The notes under the pieces were generated by a model that did not search any database, was not told where the DNA came from, and was given only the letters and a program-made list of their open reading frames with translations. Source: a virus (Duplodnaviria > Caudoviricetes). Taken from it: a stretch of DNA of 64,000 nt. Shown piece by piece: positions 8,492 through 16,999 of this stretch (position 1 is its first letter; every line of letters begins with the position of its first letter). The position numbers and the translations under genes were made by a program. The stretch is from IMG/VR virus record IMGVR_UViG_3300020414_001694, positions 1 through 64,000 of that record; one strand, written 5' to 3'.

Positions 8492-8702
8492 ACCTTTCTA
8501 AGAGAGAGTACCACTCGCTCGTTGTCCTACCATTTGCCCAAAGAACCCAACAAGATATCCTGTTATTGTGGTATTCAAAGAGTTGAGGTTCTTTGTCTTC
8601 TATCTCTATGATGATTCCTGGTCTTTTCTTCTCGGACGATGCTCCGAAGAAGAGCGAGCGGAAGTCAACCAAGTCTCCAACTTTTAGTTCTCGTTTTTGC
8701 AA
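8451..8702 (-). CDS. SH3/KOW-like paralog
   Basis: LKVGDLVDF...PGIIIEI...WVLW. Confidence 0.7.
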   Translation of the reverse strand: MQKRELKVGDLVDFRSLFFGASSEKKRPGIIIEIEDKEPQLFEYHNNRISCWVLWANGRTTSEWYSLLERYDDIPRHHKVNNT

Positions 8703-8956
8703 TTACTTTCCTTCTGCTTCTTGTAAACTGAGTAGAGTTGTAACTGACTCTTCCACTCCATCGTCAGTTCCCCAGTAGACCAAAACACTCTTATTCCCAC
8801 CTCATCGAATGTTGAAATAACAATTCCAACGGGAGGTTCTTTTGCTTCCTGTCCTGCTTTTGTGATAAAGACCCATGAATCACCTTCAATAAACGTAACC
8901 AAATCTCCTGGATTGAAGTTCGGCATACTACTGTTGAATCCAGAGGGTCTTATCAT
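8684..8956 (-). CDS. SH3/KOW-like paralog
   Basis: FNPGDLVTF...VGIVIST...RVFWSTG. Confidence 0.7.
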   Translation of the reverse strand: MIRPSGFNSSMPNFNPGDLVTFIEGDSWVFITKAGQEAKEPPVGIVISTFDEVGIRVFWSTGELTMEWKSQLQLYSVYKKQKESNCKNEN

Positions 8957-9156
8957 TCCATCTCTTGCTCCAGTTGTGCAGATTTCTGATACATTCTTAT
9001 CCCAAGAGCAAGCATTATAAATGAGTACAAGAAATACTCTTTTGCAGAGATTGAGAACTCTGCCTGCTGTTCTGGTGGAAGCAAGAAACCTTGCATGAGG
9101 GCAAATGCTCCATTGATAACCCCAAGTATAATAAACATCGGCGCAATAGTCTTCAT
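8953..9156 (-). CDS. Two-TM membrane protein
   Basis: Two hydrophobic segments; SD AGGAGG. Confidence 0.65.
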   Translation of the reverse strand: MKTIAPMFIILGVINGAFALMQGFLLPPEQQAEFSISAKEYFLYSFIMLALGIRMYQKSAQLEQEME

Positions 9157-9173
9157 AAGTCCTCCTTAATTAA

Positions 9174-9296
9174 TTAGAACCTAGAACAAACTTTCCAACA
9201 GCAATAAACAATTGTTCCTAAACCTATCCAAGCAAGAACCGAAACAGTTCCCTCAACCATTGCAACCCCCTGTAAAACTGGTAACGTATCGTACAC
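9174..9296 (-). CDS. 40-aa hydrophobic micro-protein (GTG start)
   Basis: MYDTLPVLQGVAMVEGTVSVLAWIGLGTIVYCCWKVCSRF. Confidence 0.4.
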   Translation of the reverse strand: MYDTLPVLQGVAMVEGTVSVLAWIGLGTIVYCCWKVCSRF

Positions 9297-9298
9297 TT

Positions 9299-9475
9299 CT
9301 ACTTTTTCCTAGTAAGTCTTTCAGTTCTCACCAGACTCTTCTGAATGGTGCCAGTCTCAATATGCCTCAATCTGCACATAGAACCATAATCAAGAACCTC
9401 GTACACCTCAAACTCTGGTTCGGTGTTTCTGCTAAAATTAAAAAATACTTTGTCGCCTTTTTGAATATTACCCAT
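9299..9475 (-). CDS. SH3/KOW-like paralog, 58 aa (not in ORF track)
   Basis: MGNIQKGDKVFF...YEVLDYG...RLRHIETG. Confidence 0.6.
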   Translation of the reverse strand: MGNIQKGDKVFFNFSRNTEPEFEVYEVLDYGSMCRLRHIETGTIQKSLVRTERLTRKK

Positions 9476-9704
9476 TTGCTCTACTCACTACTTCTAGGAT
9501 GTCAATCATATCGTCTGCTGGAACTTCGTAACCGTCTTTTAAATATCTGATGTGGTGAACTCCTGGGATGTCTTCGTGAAGACTAACAACTATTGCAAGT
9601 CCTCCACCATTCAACATTGCGTCAGGATTCATCCTTACCATGTCTCCAACTTTTAAGTTTAGCGAACCTGACTTTCTTAATTGTGCTGGCATATGCCCAA
9701 ACAT
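9468..9704 (-). CDS. SH3/KOW-like paralog
   Basis: LKVGDMVRM...LAIVVSL...LEVVS. Confidence 0.65.
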   Translation of the reverse strand: MFGHMPAQLRKSGSLNLKVGDMVRMNPDAMLNGGGLAIVVSLHEDIPGVHHIRYLKDGYEVPADDMIDILEVVSRANG

Positions 9705-10303
9705 TATAGCACACTCCTAGCGATGTCAATATCTTTCTGCTGCTCTTCTGTTAGTTCTTCATATTCTCTCTTGACAAACTGTCCATTATCAAGAAGACTG
9801 TCCCTAATTGGTGGATACTTGGAACCCTCTATCCATAATCGTTTTGCCCGAGGGTGACTCACGAACTTCAAAACTTTCCAAGAATTACTTCGTTCTGATG
9901 TTTTCAAGTTTGTGCCAAAGTCGTTCAAATTCACCAAGACAGAAACGTAGTCCTTAGTTCGCTCGATGAGTATTCCCAAAGATTCATCACGTAGGATTTC
10001 AAAACTACCACAGGAGGCGAGGTGATTCAGAGATACGAAACCGAGAGCACCATATCCTTTTCTAACCTGAACTATCTCCTTTGACTGAATGAGGGGTGTT
10101 TTCGTATGCTGTGGTGTCAACGTCACCGAACTTGTTTCGCTTTGCCTCGCTCGTCTGTAATAATCGTATCGTGATGGTGAAAAAGGTATATGGTAGTCGC
10201 TGTCTGCAACGCTTTCTTCGTAATCATCATACCCGTCGTCATGTTCATTATTCCAACGTCCCTTGCCAGAAGGGTTTCCAGTCTTTGATGGATATCCACT
10301 CAT
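9704..10303 (-). CDS. Hypothetical protein
   Basis: ORF track; TAATG/TGATG coupling on both sides. Confidence 0.65.
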   Translation of the reverse strand: MSGYPSKTGNPSGKGRWNNEHDDGYDDYEESVADSDYHIPFSPSRYDYYRRARQSETSSVTLTPQHTKTPLIQSKEIVQVRKGYGALGFVSLNHLASCGSFEILRDESLGILIERTKDYVSVLVNLNDFGTNLKTSERSNSWKVLKFVSHPRAKRLWIEGSKYPPIRDSLLDNGQFVKREYEELTEEQQKDIDIARSVL

Positions 10304-10509
10304 CAGTTTATCACCTCCAAATCTTTTCTAAATACTTTTGCTTTCTGTTCTCCGAACAATACCCAGAACCAATCTTCATAAAGTCTTATGTTTCCATCAC
10401 GAACACGCTCAAAGACAAGTCCAACCATGTCTTTGTTTTCTTCTCGCCACCCTGGAGTGTTCTTGTTCGCTGCCGATATCCACTTTACAAGATTGCCTAC
10501 TTGAATCAC
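10303..10509 (-). CDS. SH3/KOW-like paralog
   Basis: IQVGNLVKW...VGLVFE...WVLFG...LEVIN. Confidence 0.7.
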   Translation of the reverse strand: MIQVGNLVKWISAANKNTPGWREENKDMVGLVFERVRDGNIRLYEDWFWVLFGEQKAKVFRKDLEVIN

Positions 10510-10844
10510 TTCTTCCCCTTCTTTGGTAAGTTTGGTCTAATATAATAAGCAAAGATATGATAACCAATGTTTACTACTGTTCTTACCACAGGTAGTCTTG
10601 AAAAGCAAACACTTTTTTTAAATCCCATCTCTTCATACATACGACGAAAAGTCTCTGGACCTGTTGTTTGCTCTCCGTCAAACTCTCCAATCATTTCAGA
10701 TTCAAAGTCACGACCATCAGAACTGAAATCACTACTGCTGATATCAACGAACTCAATACCACAAGATTCCCCTTTCTTACGTACTGCGTTTATCTCTAAC
10801 GAGCACACATAACAGGACTCATCATAATAAACTTTTTTACTCAT
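10506..10844 (-). CDS. DCC1-like thiol-disulfide oxidoreductase (DUF393)
   Basis: VYYDESCYVC (DxxCxxC), FVDIS, G.ETF..MY, GY..FA pattern. Confidence 0.75.
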   Translation of the reverse strand: MSKKVYYDESCYVCSLEINAVRKKGESCGIEFVDISSSDFSSDGRDFESEMIGEFDGEQTTGPETFRRMYEEMGFKKSVCFSRLPVVRTVVNIGYHIFAYYIRPNLPKKGKK

Positions 10845-11041
10845 TTCTCCACCAAGTTCAAATCAAGTGGGAGTTGCGAAGTGTCTTCACGCTCTCCTGC
10901 CCAAGATACTGTTATAAGTCTCCATCCTTCTGAATCATCTATCTTGGATACTACTCCAACCATTTGAGATGTTGGTTTATTATATTTCTTTGGGTCTAGG
11001 CGAACCAAGTCGCCCAACTGAAAATGTCTATGAGACGGCAT
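10841..11041 (-). CDS. SH3/KOW-like paralog
   Basis: FQLGDLVRL...VGVVSKI...VSWAG. Confidence 0.7.
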   Translation of the reverse strand: MPSHRHFQLGDLVRLDPKKYNKPTSQMVGVVSKIDDSEGWRLITVSWAGEREDTSQLPLDLNLVEK

Positions 11042-11231
11042 TTAACACCTCCATATCTTTTGAATAGTACCAAATAAAATCATCACCGAAGTCTACCCTA
11101 CACTCTTCTCTGGTAATATGCTCGCCATCAGAGTTCGAGAAACCTCCCATACGAACTTCTGTTATTACACCTACTCTACCATTCCACCAGAAGTGTCCCG
11201 TAGGCATTTTAACTAAGTTACCAACTTTCAC
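11028..11231 (-). CDS. SH3/KOW-like paralog
   Basis: MKVGNLVKM...VGVITEV...MEVL. Confidence 0.7.
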   Translation of the reverse strand: MKVGNLVKMPTGHFWWNGRVGVITEVRMGGFSNSDGEHITREECRVDFGDDFIWYYSKDMEVLNAVS

Positions 11232-11398
11232 TGAACTACCTCAAAGAACTCGGCATTGCTCCAAGTTTGCTCAAGGAAAGGATTTTCCGAGCAGTGGAGT
11301 CGTAACTCTTCATAACCTCGCTCGTTGCGAGTCTCCAAGACTACAAAGAGTCTGCTGAAATCAAAACCTATTGCTCTTACCAAATTACCTTTTTTCAT
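11228..11398 (-). CDS. SH3/KOW-like paralog, 56 aa (not in ORF track)
   Basis: MKKGNLVRA...FVVLET...FEVVQ; promoter 11424-11453, SD AAGGAG. Confidence 0.65.
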   Translation of the reverse strand: MKKGNLVRAIGFDFSRLFVVLETRNERGYEELRLHCSENPFLEQTWSNAEFFEVVQ

Positions 11399-11423
11399 AA
11401 CCATCTCCTTTGCCTTACTCTTG

Positions 11424-11453
11424 TTTATAACATTATTCGGATGGATATGTCAA
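11424..11453 (-). promoter_or_regulatory. sigma70-like promoter inside the SH3 array
   Basis: TTGACA-N18-TATAAA. Confidence 0.6.
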
Positions 11454-11462
11454 GGACTTTAT

Positions 11463-11630
11463 TCATTTATTTTCACTAACTAATTCTAGGTTCTCTTTTA
11501 ATGCTGATATTATACAACCAGTATCCAACTCAAGTATCTTTACTCCACTGTTGAATCGCTCAAGAACAATAGCGAAGGTGCCTCCCTTACGACAATACTC
11601 TTTTATCCGCACCAAGTCACCTGCCTTCAC
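11463..11630 (-). CDS. SH3/KOW-like paralog (GTG start)
   Basis: MKAGDLVRIK...FAIVLER...LELVSE. Confidence 0.7.
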   Translation of the reverse strand: MKAGDLVRIKEYCRKGGTFAIVLERFNSGVKILELDTGCIISALKENLELVSENK

Positions 11631-11811
11631 TGATAACCTCCAAGTGCTGTGGCTCGATTGGTCTAACCCACTTCTTGTGAAACCAATAAACATTCTTGTA
11701 AGTAGAACCATCTTCTGCGGTTGACTCAGTATAGTCTGAAACGATAATGCCCATCGTATCAGAACTTACTTCCCCTTTCCACTTCCACATTACCAAGTCA
11801 CCTGCCTTCAT
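11617..11811 (-). CDS. SH3/KOW-like paralog
   Basis: MKAGDLVMWK...MGIIVS...VYWF...LEVISEGR. Confidence 0.72.
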   Translation of the reverse strand: MKAGDLVMWKWKGEVSSDTMGIIVSDYTESTAEDGSTYKNVYWFHKKWVRPIEPQHLEVISEGR

Positions 11812-11889
11812 TTATCCTCCGTACACAACGTAGCCAATTAGATAGCAAGTTCCATAGAACACTGCAACAGTTAACAAAGTTTCTAGCAC
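11812..11889 (-). CDS. 25-aa hydrophobic micro-protein (GTG start)
   Basis: MLETLLTVAVFYGTCYLIGYVVYGG; fills the gap exactly and provides the SD GGAGG for the next gene. Confidence 0.4.
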   Translation of the reverse strand: MLETLLTVAVFYGTCYLIGYVVYGG

Positions 11890-12080
11890 CTCACAACCTC
11901 GGATGAATGCTCTATCTGTCTACCAAATTCAATTACATCACCGTTAGAAGCAAGAGCATTCCAAGCATACAACCAAGGATGGTCAGGTGTCAACACTTTT
12001 TCTATTAAGATAACTTCTCTATTGATGCCCCAACAATTTGCTGTTGGTTGCGGAAGTCTCACCAAGTCACCGACTTTCAC
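11883..12080 (-). CDS. SH3/KOW-like paralog
   Basis: MKVGDLVRL; GTGA overlap. Confidence 0.7.
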   Translation of the reverse strand: MKVGDLVRLPQPTANCWGINREVILIEKVLTPDHPWLYAWNALASNGDVIEFGRQIEHSSEVVRC

Positions 12081-12295
12081 GCTACTACCTCAATCATCGG
12101 AGAAGTGAAAGTTCTCACACGTTGCTCACCATTCCAAGCGATTTTACAAATAGCGTTTCTCTTGGCATTTTCCGTAACTTCAACAACGACGCCGAGGTTG
12201 AGTTCTTTCGCAAGTCTTCTTGACTCACGAGCCATTGAACTTTCGATGCTTTTCTTGCCTCTCTGAGACAACCTGACTATGCTACCGACTTTCAT
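12077..12295 (-). CDS. SH3/KOW-like paralog
   Basis: MKVGSIVRL...LGVVVEV...IAWNG...IEVVA. Confidence 0.72.
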   Translation of the reverse strand: MKVGSIVRLSQRGKKSIESSMARESRRLAKELNLGVVVEVTENAKRNAICKIAWNGEQRVRTFTSPMIEVVA

Positions 12296-12483
12296 GCTAC
12301 CACCTCAAAGTGTTGTGTTACTCCCATTTTACTATGGGCAAGTTCTTCGCCATTGCTCCAACGAACATGGACTGAGTAAGGAGTGACCTCAAGAACAACT
12401 CCGACACCTCTACCTGCGAAGTCTTCCCAGAACTTTCTCTTTGACTGCCACTCTGGGACTTTTACTAGATTACCGACCTTCAC
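12292..12483 (-). CDS. SH3/KOW-like paralog
   Basis: MKVGNLVKV...VGVVLEV...VRWSNG...FEVVA. Confidence 0.72.
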   Translation of the reverse strand: MKVGNLVKVPEWQSKRKFWEDFAGRGVGVVLEVTPYSVHVRWSNGEELAHSKMGVTQHFEVVA

Positions 12484-12628
12484 TAACTACCTCCCAATCG
12501 CTTGGAGAATGGAACCCAGTGTGCCCCAAGAACTGAAATGCCAATGGACTAGCAAAAGTTACAAGGTGAACACCCTCGTGTTCAGCAAACTTAGGATTCT
12601 TGTGCTTTACCAAGTCACCGACTTTCAT
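12470..12628 (-). CDS. SH3/KOW-like paralog (start adjusted to MKVGDLVKH)
   Basis: MKVGDLVKHK...WEVVSEGR; SD GGAG. Confidence 0.7.
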   Translation of the reverse strand: MKVGDLVKHKNPKFAEHEGVHLVTFASPLAFQFLGHTGFHSPSDWEVVSEGR

Positions 12629-12740
12629 TATTTCTCCTCTCCAATGCAGCAGCGAGCAATGCCTCGCAACCTTCTTGCCCGTGCTCTTTCCAAACCTGAA
12701 GTAACAAACGAAGTGCTTCACATACTTCTTGATTAGTCAT
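12615..12740 (-). CDS. 41-aa hypothetical protein (MTNQEV...)
   Basis: Promoter TTGACT-N17-TACTAT (12772-12800) and duplicated leader. Confidence 0.55.
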   Translation of the reverse strand: MTNQEVCEALRLLLQVWKEHGQEGCEALLAAALERRNNESR

Positions 12741-12996
12741 TTCTTTTCCTTTCTCTCCTAACCACTCTTTGATAGTAGTGAAGAGCGAACACAAAGTCAA
12801 GAGTTATTTCACCCAAGCATGGTAAAAAGTGTTACCTTGATTTCTGATGAAACACTCAAGAGAGTTTAAGTTCTTGCGAGTGTAAACTATGTTGCCACAT
12901 TTAGCAGTGTAGTAACTATTAGTAGGACCGCAGTTACGGAAGACGATTCTGAAGTTTTTTTTGTTAGTCATTTCTTTTCCTTTCTCTCCTAACCAC
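12733..12996. repeat. 33-bp exact direct repeat (12733-12765 and 12964-12996) covering leader, SD and first codons
   Basis: ttagtcatttcttttcctttctctcctaaccac present twice. Confidence 0.9.
12804..12971 (-). CDS. 55-aa hypothetical protein (MTNKKN...)
   Basis: Promoter TTGACT-N17-TATCTT (13003-13031) and duplicated leader. Confidence 0.6.
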   Translation of the reverse strand: MTNKKNFRIVFRNCGPTNSYYTAKCGNIVYTRKNLNSLECFIRNQGNTFYHAWVK

Positions 12997-13027
12997 ATAA
13001 TAAAGATAACAAAGAGAAAGGCAGAAG

Positions 13028-13141
13028 TCAAACAAAAAGCGACAAGATATGTAAAATAGTTATAAACATGACGCCAGCAGAGAATATCCCAACACCTAAC
13101 TCTGCTTTCCTTATTGCTTCTTTAAATTCTTTATTCTTCAT
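13028..13141 (-). CDS. 37-aa single-TM micro-protein
   Basis: MKNKEFKEAIRKAELGVGIFSAGVMFITILHILSLFV; ATGA overlap with tdk stop. Confidence 0.5.
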   Translation of the reverse strand: MKNKEFKEAIRKAELGVGIFSAGVMFITILHILSLFV

Positions 13142-13698
13142 TGCTTCCCCATTACTGAGTGTTTATAACAAACTGGTTGATAAGACTCTGCTCCACCAAC
13201 CAAGACTTTCTTTTCTTCTTTCGCCAACCTTTCCGTATAGAAAGCATCGGCACCACATTTGTAACATACTGCTGGGCAGATGTCAATACTTGTTGCCCAA
13301 GGCATTATCTTTGTCATCTCTTGAAATGGTTCGTATCCTTTTGGTAGGAACTCCGAGGTAGAAGAAAGTTGCAGCGAAGACACTAGAACTGTTTTACCTT
13401 GTTGAAATAATTTTATTAAAGCATCTGCTGAATTCTCAATCATAAAGAGTTCATCAACACCAACAACGTCAAAATCTCTGGACAGATTGTAGATTTCGAA
13501 ACCTTTCTCAACCAAAGCACACTTGTGCTCTTGTCCCTTGTGAGTTACGACTGTCTCTTCTGAGTATCTCTTATCCATTCTTGGTTTGAATAAAATAGTC
13601 TTCTTGTTTTGATACTGGTACCTCTCCAACGCTGCGAGCATTCTTGTTGTCTTGCCTCCGAACATTGGTCCAGTAAAAACTTTGAGTTGTGGATTCAC
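13138..13698 (-). CDS. tdk: Thymidine kinase (type II)
   Basis: GPMFGGKTT, VGVDE, Zn site CYKC...YQPVCYKH. Confidence 0.93.
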   Translation of the reverse strand: MNPQLKVFTGPMFGGKTTRMLAALERYQYQNKKTILFKPRMDKRYSEETVVTHKGQEHKCALVEKGFEIYNLSRDFDVVGVDELFMIENSADALIKLFQQGKTVLVSSLQLSSTSEFLPKGYEPFQEMTKIMPWATSIDICPAVCYKCGADAFYTERLAKEEKKVLVGGAESYQPVCYKHSVMGKQ

Positions 13699-13928
13699 CC
13701 CTCCTCCCTTTCTTGTAATGCGATAAGTCTGTCGATGTAGAACCTTGCCTTCTTTAAATCTTCCAATGGTTTGCCTTTGAGTTTATGTCTCGTAACGTAC
13801 TTTACCACGTTACCTTCGTTAAAGTCAAGACTCCAAGACTCAATAAAATCAATTACTTCCACTCCCTTGTTGTAGTGCTCGGGATGGAACACCATCTCTT
13901 TTTTCTTTGGCATGTTTCCTCTATTCAA
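13695..13928 (-). CDS. DUF3310 family phage protein
   Basis: HPEHYN.G.EVIDFIE...GNVVKYV.R...EDLKKARFY. Confidence 0.85.
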   Translation of the reverse strand: MNRGNMPKKKEMVFHPEHYNKGVEVIDFIESWSLDFNEGNVVKYVTRHKLKGKPLEDLKKARFYIDRLIALQEREEG

Positions 13929-15756
13929 CTGTTACTGATTTAGCAAGATTCCTCGGTTTATCAACATCCTTATTTCTAATCCTCGCTATCTTATGTGAGA
14001 ATATTTGAAGAGGGATTGTTGTCAACAACGGGGTTAACTCTGGTTTTGTCTTAGGTACTATAATAACAGCATCTGCTGCTTCTGTTAAGTTTTTATCTTC
14101 TTTATCTGTAATTGCAATGACTTTGCCTGACCTTGCCTTTATCTCTTGTAAGTTTGAAATGGTCTTTTCATAAGAGTCGTCGTGTGGCATTACAAAGACA
14201 GAAGGGCAAGACTCATCAATAAGAGCGATGGGTCCATGCTTCATTTCACCAGCAGGATAACCTTCTGCGTGAACATAACTTATTTCTTTTAATTTAAGAG
14301 CACCTTCGAGAGCAACTGGGAAACTTACTCCTCTTCCAAGAAAAAGAAAATCGTCATAGTTCGAATAGATACTTGCTACTGATTCAATTACTCCTGAGTC
14401 GTCTAGTATTTCCTGAACTTGGTCTGGTATTATTGCTAGTGCGTCTTTAAGGTCCATCAGTTTCTCGTCGTCAATATGCCCGAGGCGATGGGACAACTTT
14501 ATAGCAAGCATGGTAATTGCTGCAACCTGTCCAGTGAATGCCTTTGTGGATGCTACGCCAATCTCTGTGCCAGAGTGTGTATAAATTCCTGCATCTGATA
14601 GTCTGGCAATTGAAGAACCTACAACATTGACGATGCCGATGATGAGTGCTCCCTTTCGTTTTGCTAGTTCCAGTGCTGCTTTCGTGTCTGCTGTTTCCCC
14701 TGACTGAGTTATACCTATAACTACATCGTCATTGGCAATGATAGGTTTCCTGTATCTATACTCTGATGCATAGTCAACCTCGACTGGTATTCTGGTGAGA
14801 GATTCTATAAGATACTTGCCAATAAGAGCAGAGTGCCAAGATGTTCCGCAAGATACAATGGTAATTTTCTTTGCTCTAAGGAGTCTCGGCATAACATCTT
14901 CAATGCCACCAAGAGCAATCTCTGGTCCTGCTGCTGCCAATCTACCTCGCAAGCAGTCTGCAATAGTCTCTGGTTGCTCGTTAATCTCCTTCATCATGAA
15001 AGATTCAAAACCTTTTTTCTCAACTGCCTGCAAGTCAAGGAGAAGTTTCTCTGGAAAGAATCCAGTCTCCCTGTTATCTATATCTTTTACTTGGAGTTTA
15101 TCACGAGTAACGATAGCAATCTGGTCGTCTTCTAAGTAAATAACCTCTTTTGCTCTACCAATAATTGGAGTTGCGTCAGAACCAATAATGAAACTACCGT
15201 CACCAATTCCAACTGCGAGTGGCGAAGACTTCTTCGCACAGACTATCATCTCTGCATTAGGTTCAACGACACAAATCGCATAGGCACCGTGAACATATTT
15301 AAGTGCCTCGTGGACTGCATCTTCTAAACTCGAATTGTTTTTTAGTTTTGTGTACTCTATCCAGTTCGCAAGAACTTCAGTATCCGTTTCTGAACGAAAG
15401 AAATATCCATCGTCCATTAAAAGTTCCTTCAAGTGCTTGTAGTTCTCGATGATTCCATTGTGAACTATGGCAAGTTCACCTTTGAGTGACATGTGTGGGT
15501 GGGCATTCTCTTCCGAAGGTTTACCATGAGTTGCCCATCGTGTGTGTCCGATTGCCAAATCTTGTGGCGCAATGTTAGAAGACTTCTTATCAAGTCCCGA
15601 GACTGCACCTTTTGCTCGGACAACTTTTATTTCTTTGTCTTCGATGTAAGCAAGTCCCGCTGAGTCGTAACCTCTGTACTCTAACCTGTAAAGTCCCTCG
15701 ATGACAACCTTTTCTGCTTTCTTTTCCTTACCAATATATCCAACTATACCACACAT
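13921..15756 (-). CDS. glmS: Glutamine--fructose-6-phosphate aminotransferase
   Basis: MCGIVG N-terminal nucleophile, GHTRWATHG, HNGIIENY, QSGETADT, STKAFT, KPRNLAKSVTVE. Confidence 0.97.
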   Translation of the reverse strand: MCGIVGYIGKEKKAEKVVIEGLYRLEYRGYDSAGLAYIEDKEIKVVRAKGAVSGLDKKSSNIAPQDLAIGHTRWATHGKPSEENAHPHMSLKGELAIVHNGIIENYKHLKELLMDDGYFFRSETDTEVLANWIEYTKLKNNSSLEDAVHEALKYVHGAYAICVVEPNAEMIVCAKKSSPLAVGIGDGSFIIGSDATPIIGRAKEVIYLEDDQIAIVTRDKLQVKDIDNRETGFFPEKLLLDLQAVEKKGFESFMMKEINEQPETIADCLRGRLAAAGPEIALGGIEDVMPRLLRAKKITIVSCGTSWHSALIGKYLIESLTRIPVEVDYASEYRYRKPIIANDDVVIGITQSGETADTKAALELAKRKGALIIGIVNVVGSSIARLSDAGIYTHSGTEIGVASTKAFTGQVAAITMLAIKLSHRLGHIDDEKLMDLKDALAIIPDQVQEILDDSGVIESVASIYSNYDDFLFLGRGVSFPVALEGALKLKEISYVHAEGYPAGEMKHGPIALIDESCPSVFVMPHDDSYEKTISNLQEIKARSGKVIAITDKEDKNLTEAADAVIIVPKTKPELTPLLTTIPLQIFSHKIARIRNKDVDKPRNLAKSVTVE

Positions 15757-15789
15757 ATAAAACCCTCCGTATGATGTAATTAGATAAGT

Positions 15790-15912
15790 TTACTTGTATT
15801 TTCCAAGTTCTTTCGCTATTTCGCTGGCAAGAATCCAGCGTGCCGCTTCGGAAGATAAATTAAGTTGAGCGTCTTTGTGTTTCTCTAAAATTGCTTGAAT
15901 AATCTCAGTCAT
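15790..15912 (-). CDS. 40-aa hypothetical protein
   Basis: Hand translation MTEIIQAILEKHK...; overlaps upstream stop. Confidence 0.45.
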   Translation of the reverse strand: MTEIIQAILEKHKDAQLNLSSEAARWILASEIAKELGKYK

Positions 15913-16102
15913 CTTTCTCCATCTTTCTCATCATCTCTTCTAATCTTGCTTCGATTGTTTTTTCCTGACTGCCTTTGTTTTTGTGCATCTTTTCTTCAAC
16001 TTCTCTCAGTTCATTATATGCTATGCCAAGCATGACAACGCACAAAGCAAGAAGCGAAAAGAGAACCAAACCCAGTCTATTTAAAAAGTCAATCGCTTTC
16101 AT
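15905..16102 (-). CDS. Single-TM coiled-coil protein
   Basis: N-terminal TM, charged tail. Confidence 0.6.
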   Translation of the reverse strand: MKAIDFLNRLGLVLFSLLALCVVMLGIAYNELREVEEKMHKNKGSQEKTIEARLEEMMRKMEKDD

Positions 16103-16391
16103 ACTCTTTTCTCAAAACTTTCTCATAGTTTTCACTAAGAAGTGCAGAAGATAAAGTCATGACATCTTGATATCTTTTCAACTCTTCGATAGGGTTGAGC
16201 ATCAGCAGGTCATCGTGTCTTACCCATTCCGTCCTGTCTGAAACTGGCAAAGGGTTTTCGCCTGAATTAATCCACTGAACTTCAAGATACTTCCATCCGT
16301 TACTTCTCAACTCGGTGTCGGTCACTGCGCCGATTTCATAACGTGCGTGTCCACAAGAATTCTTTCTTGCCACAACCTGTCCTCGTTTCAT
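16089..16391 (-). CDS. SH3/KOW-like paralog
   Basis: MKRGQVVARK...IGAVTDT...LEVQW. Confidence 0.65.
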   Translation of the reverse strand: MKRGQVVARKNSCGHARYEIGAVTDTELRSNGWKYLEVQWINSGENPLPVSDRTEWVRHDDLLMLNPIEELKRYQDVMTLSSALLSENYEKVLRKEYESD

Positions 16392-16606
16392 TACGATTCC
16401 TTTTCTGTTAATTTAACTAAATCTGATTCTTTTAGGAAGGCGGTCCAAGTGCCAAATCTTACAACATACTTTCTTTCTCTCACCTCTACAACAATTCCGT
16501 GCCCTTTGAGGCAATGGTCTTCTTCTTTCTCTTCCAAGTGTTTCCACTCTTCCGTCTCGTTGTTGATTCGAACTAAGTCGCCTTTTTCTAATTTGCTATC
16601 GCTCAT
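16391..16606 (-). CDS. SH3/KOW-like paralog
   Basis: LEKGDLVRI...HGIVVEV...VVRFG...DLVKL. Confidence 0.7.
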   Translation of the reverse strand: MSDSKLEKGDLVRINNETEEWKHLEEKEEDHCLKGHGIVVEVRERKYVVRFGTWTAFLKESDLVKLTEKES

Positions 16607-16608
16607 GA

Positions 16609-16815
16609 TTATAAATAGTTTTTTCTTAATTTGAGGATTACTTTATCTCGCTTTTTGGCAAGTTTATATATCTCCTCATCTATGGTCGCCTTCTCCCTAG
16701 TAAGATTCACTATCTTCAAATTCAACCTTGATATCTTCATAGAAAGTTTTTCTTTTTCTTCTTCTTTTTCTTGTGCCATAATGCACCTCCAATAAACCGC
16801 TGTCGATACTTTCAT
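16609..16815 (-). CDS. Small coiled-coil protein (true start likely near MAQEK)
   Basis: ORF track; overlaps neighbour. Confidence 0.45.
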   Translation of the reverse strand: MKVSTAVYWRCIMAQEKEEEKEKLSMKISRLNLKIVNLTREKATIDEEIYKLAKKRDKVILKLRKNYL

Positions 16816-16996
16816 ACACCTTCTGCTTTGATGCCCTGTCTTCTGTTATTTGAAAAACTGGATTATCTCCCATAGTGGAGGACATTAGATAGAAGTGAAA
16901 GTAATGCCTTGTTGACTTCACTATCAAACCAAGTGCCGTGTTCTTCGAATTATGTAGCAAGTCTCCAACTCGGAGGTGATACTTTCCTTCCGTCAT
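16697..16996 (-). CDS. SH3/KOW-like paralog
   Basis: LRVGDLLHN...LGLIVK. Confidence 0.6.
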   Translation of the reverse strand: MTEGKYHLRVGDLLHNSKNTALGLIVKSTRHYFHFYLMSSTMGDNPVFQITEDRASKQKVYESIDSGLLEVHYGTRKRRRKRKTFYEDIKVEFEDSESY

Positions 16997-16999
16997 CCA

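Noticed and set aside
15757-15790. glmS ribozyme
   Set aside because: Intergenic gap is only about 30 nt with no ribozyme core
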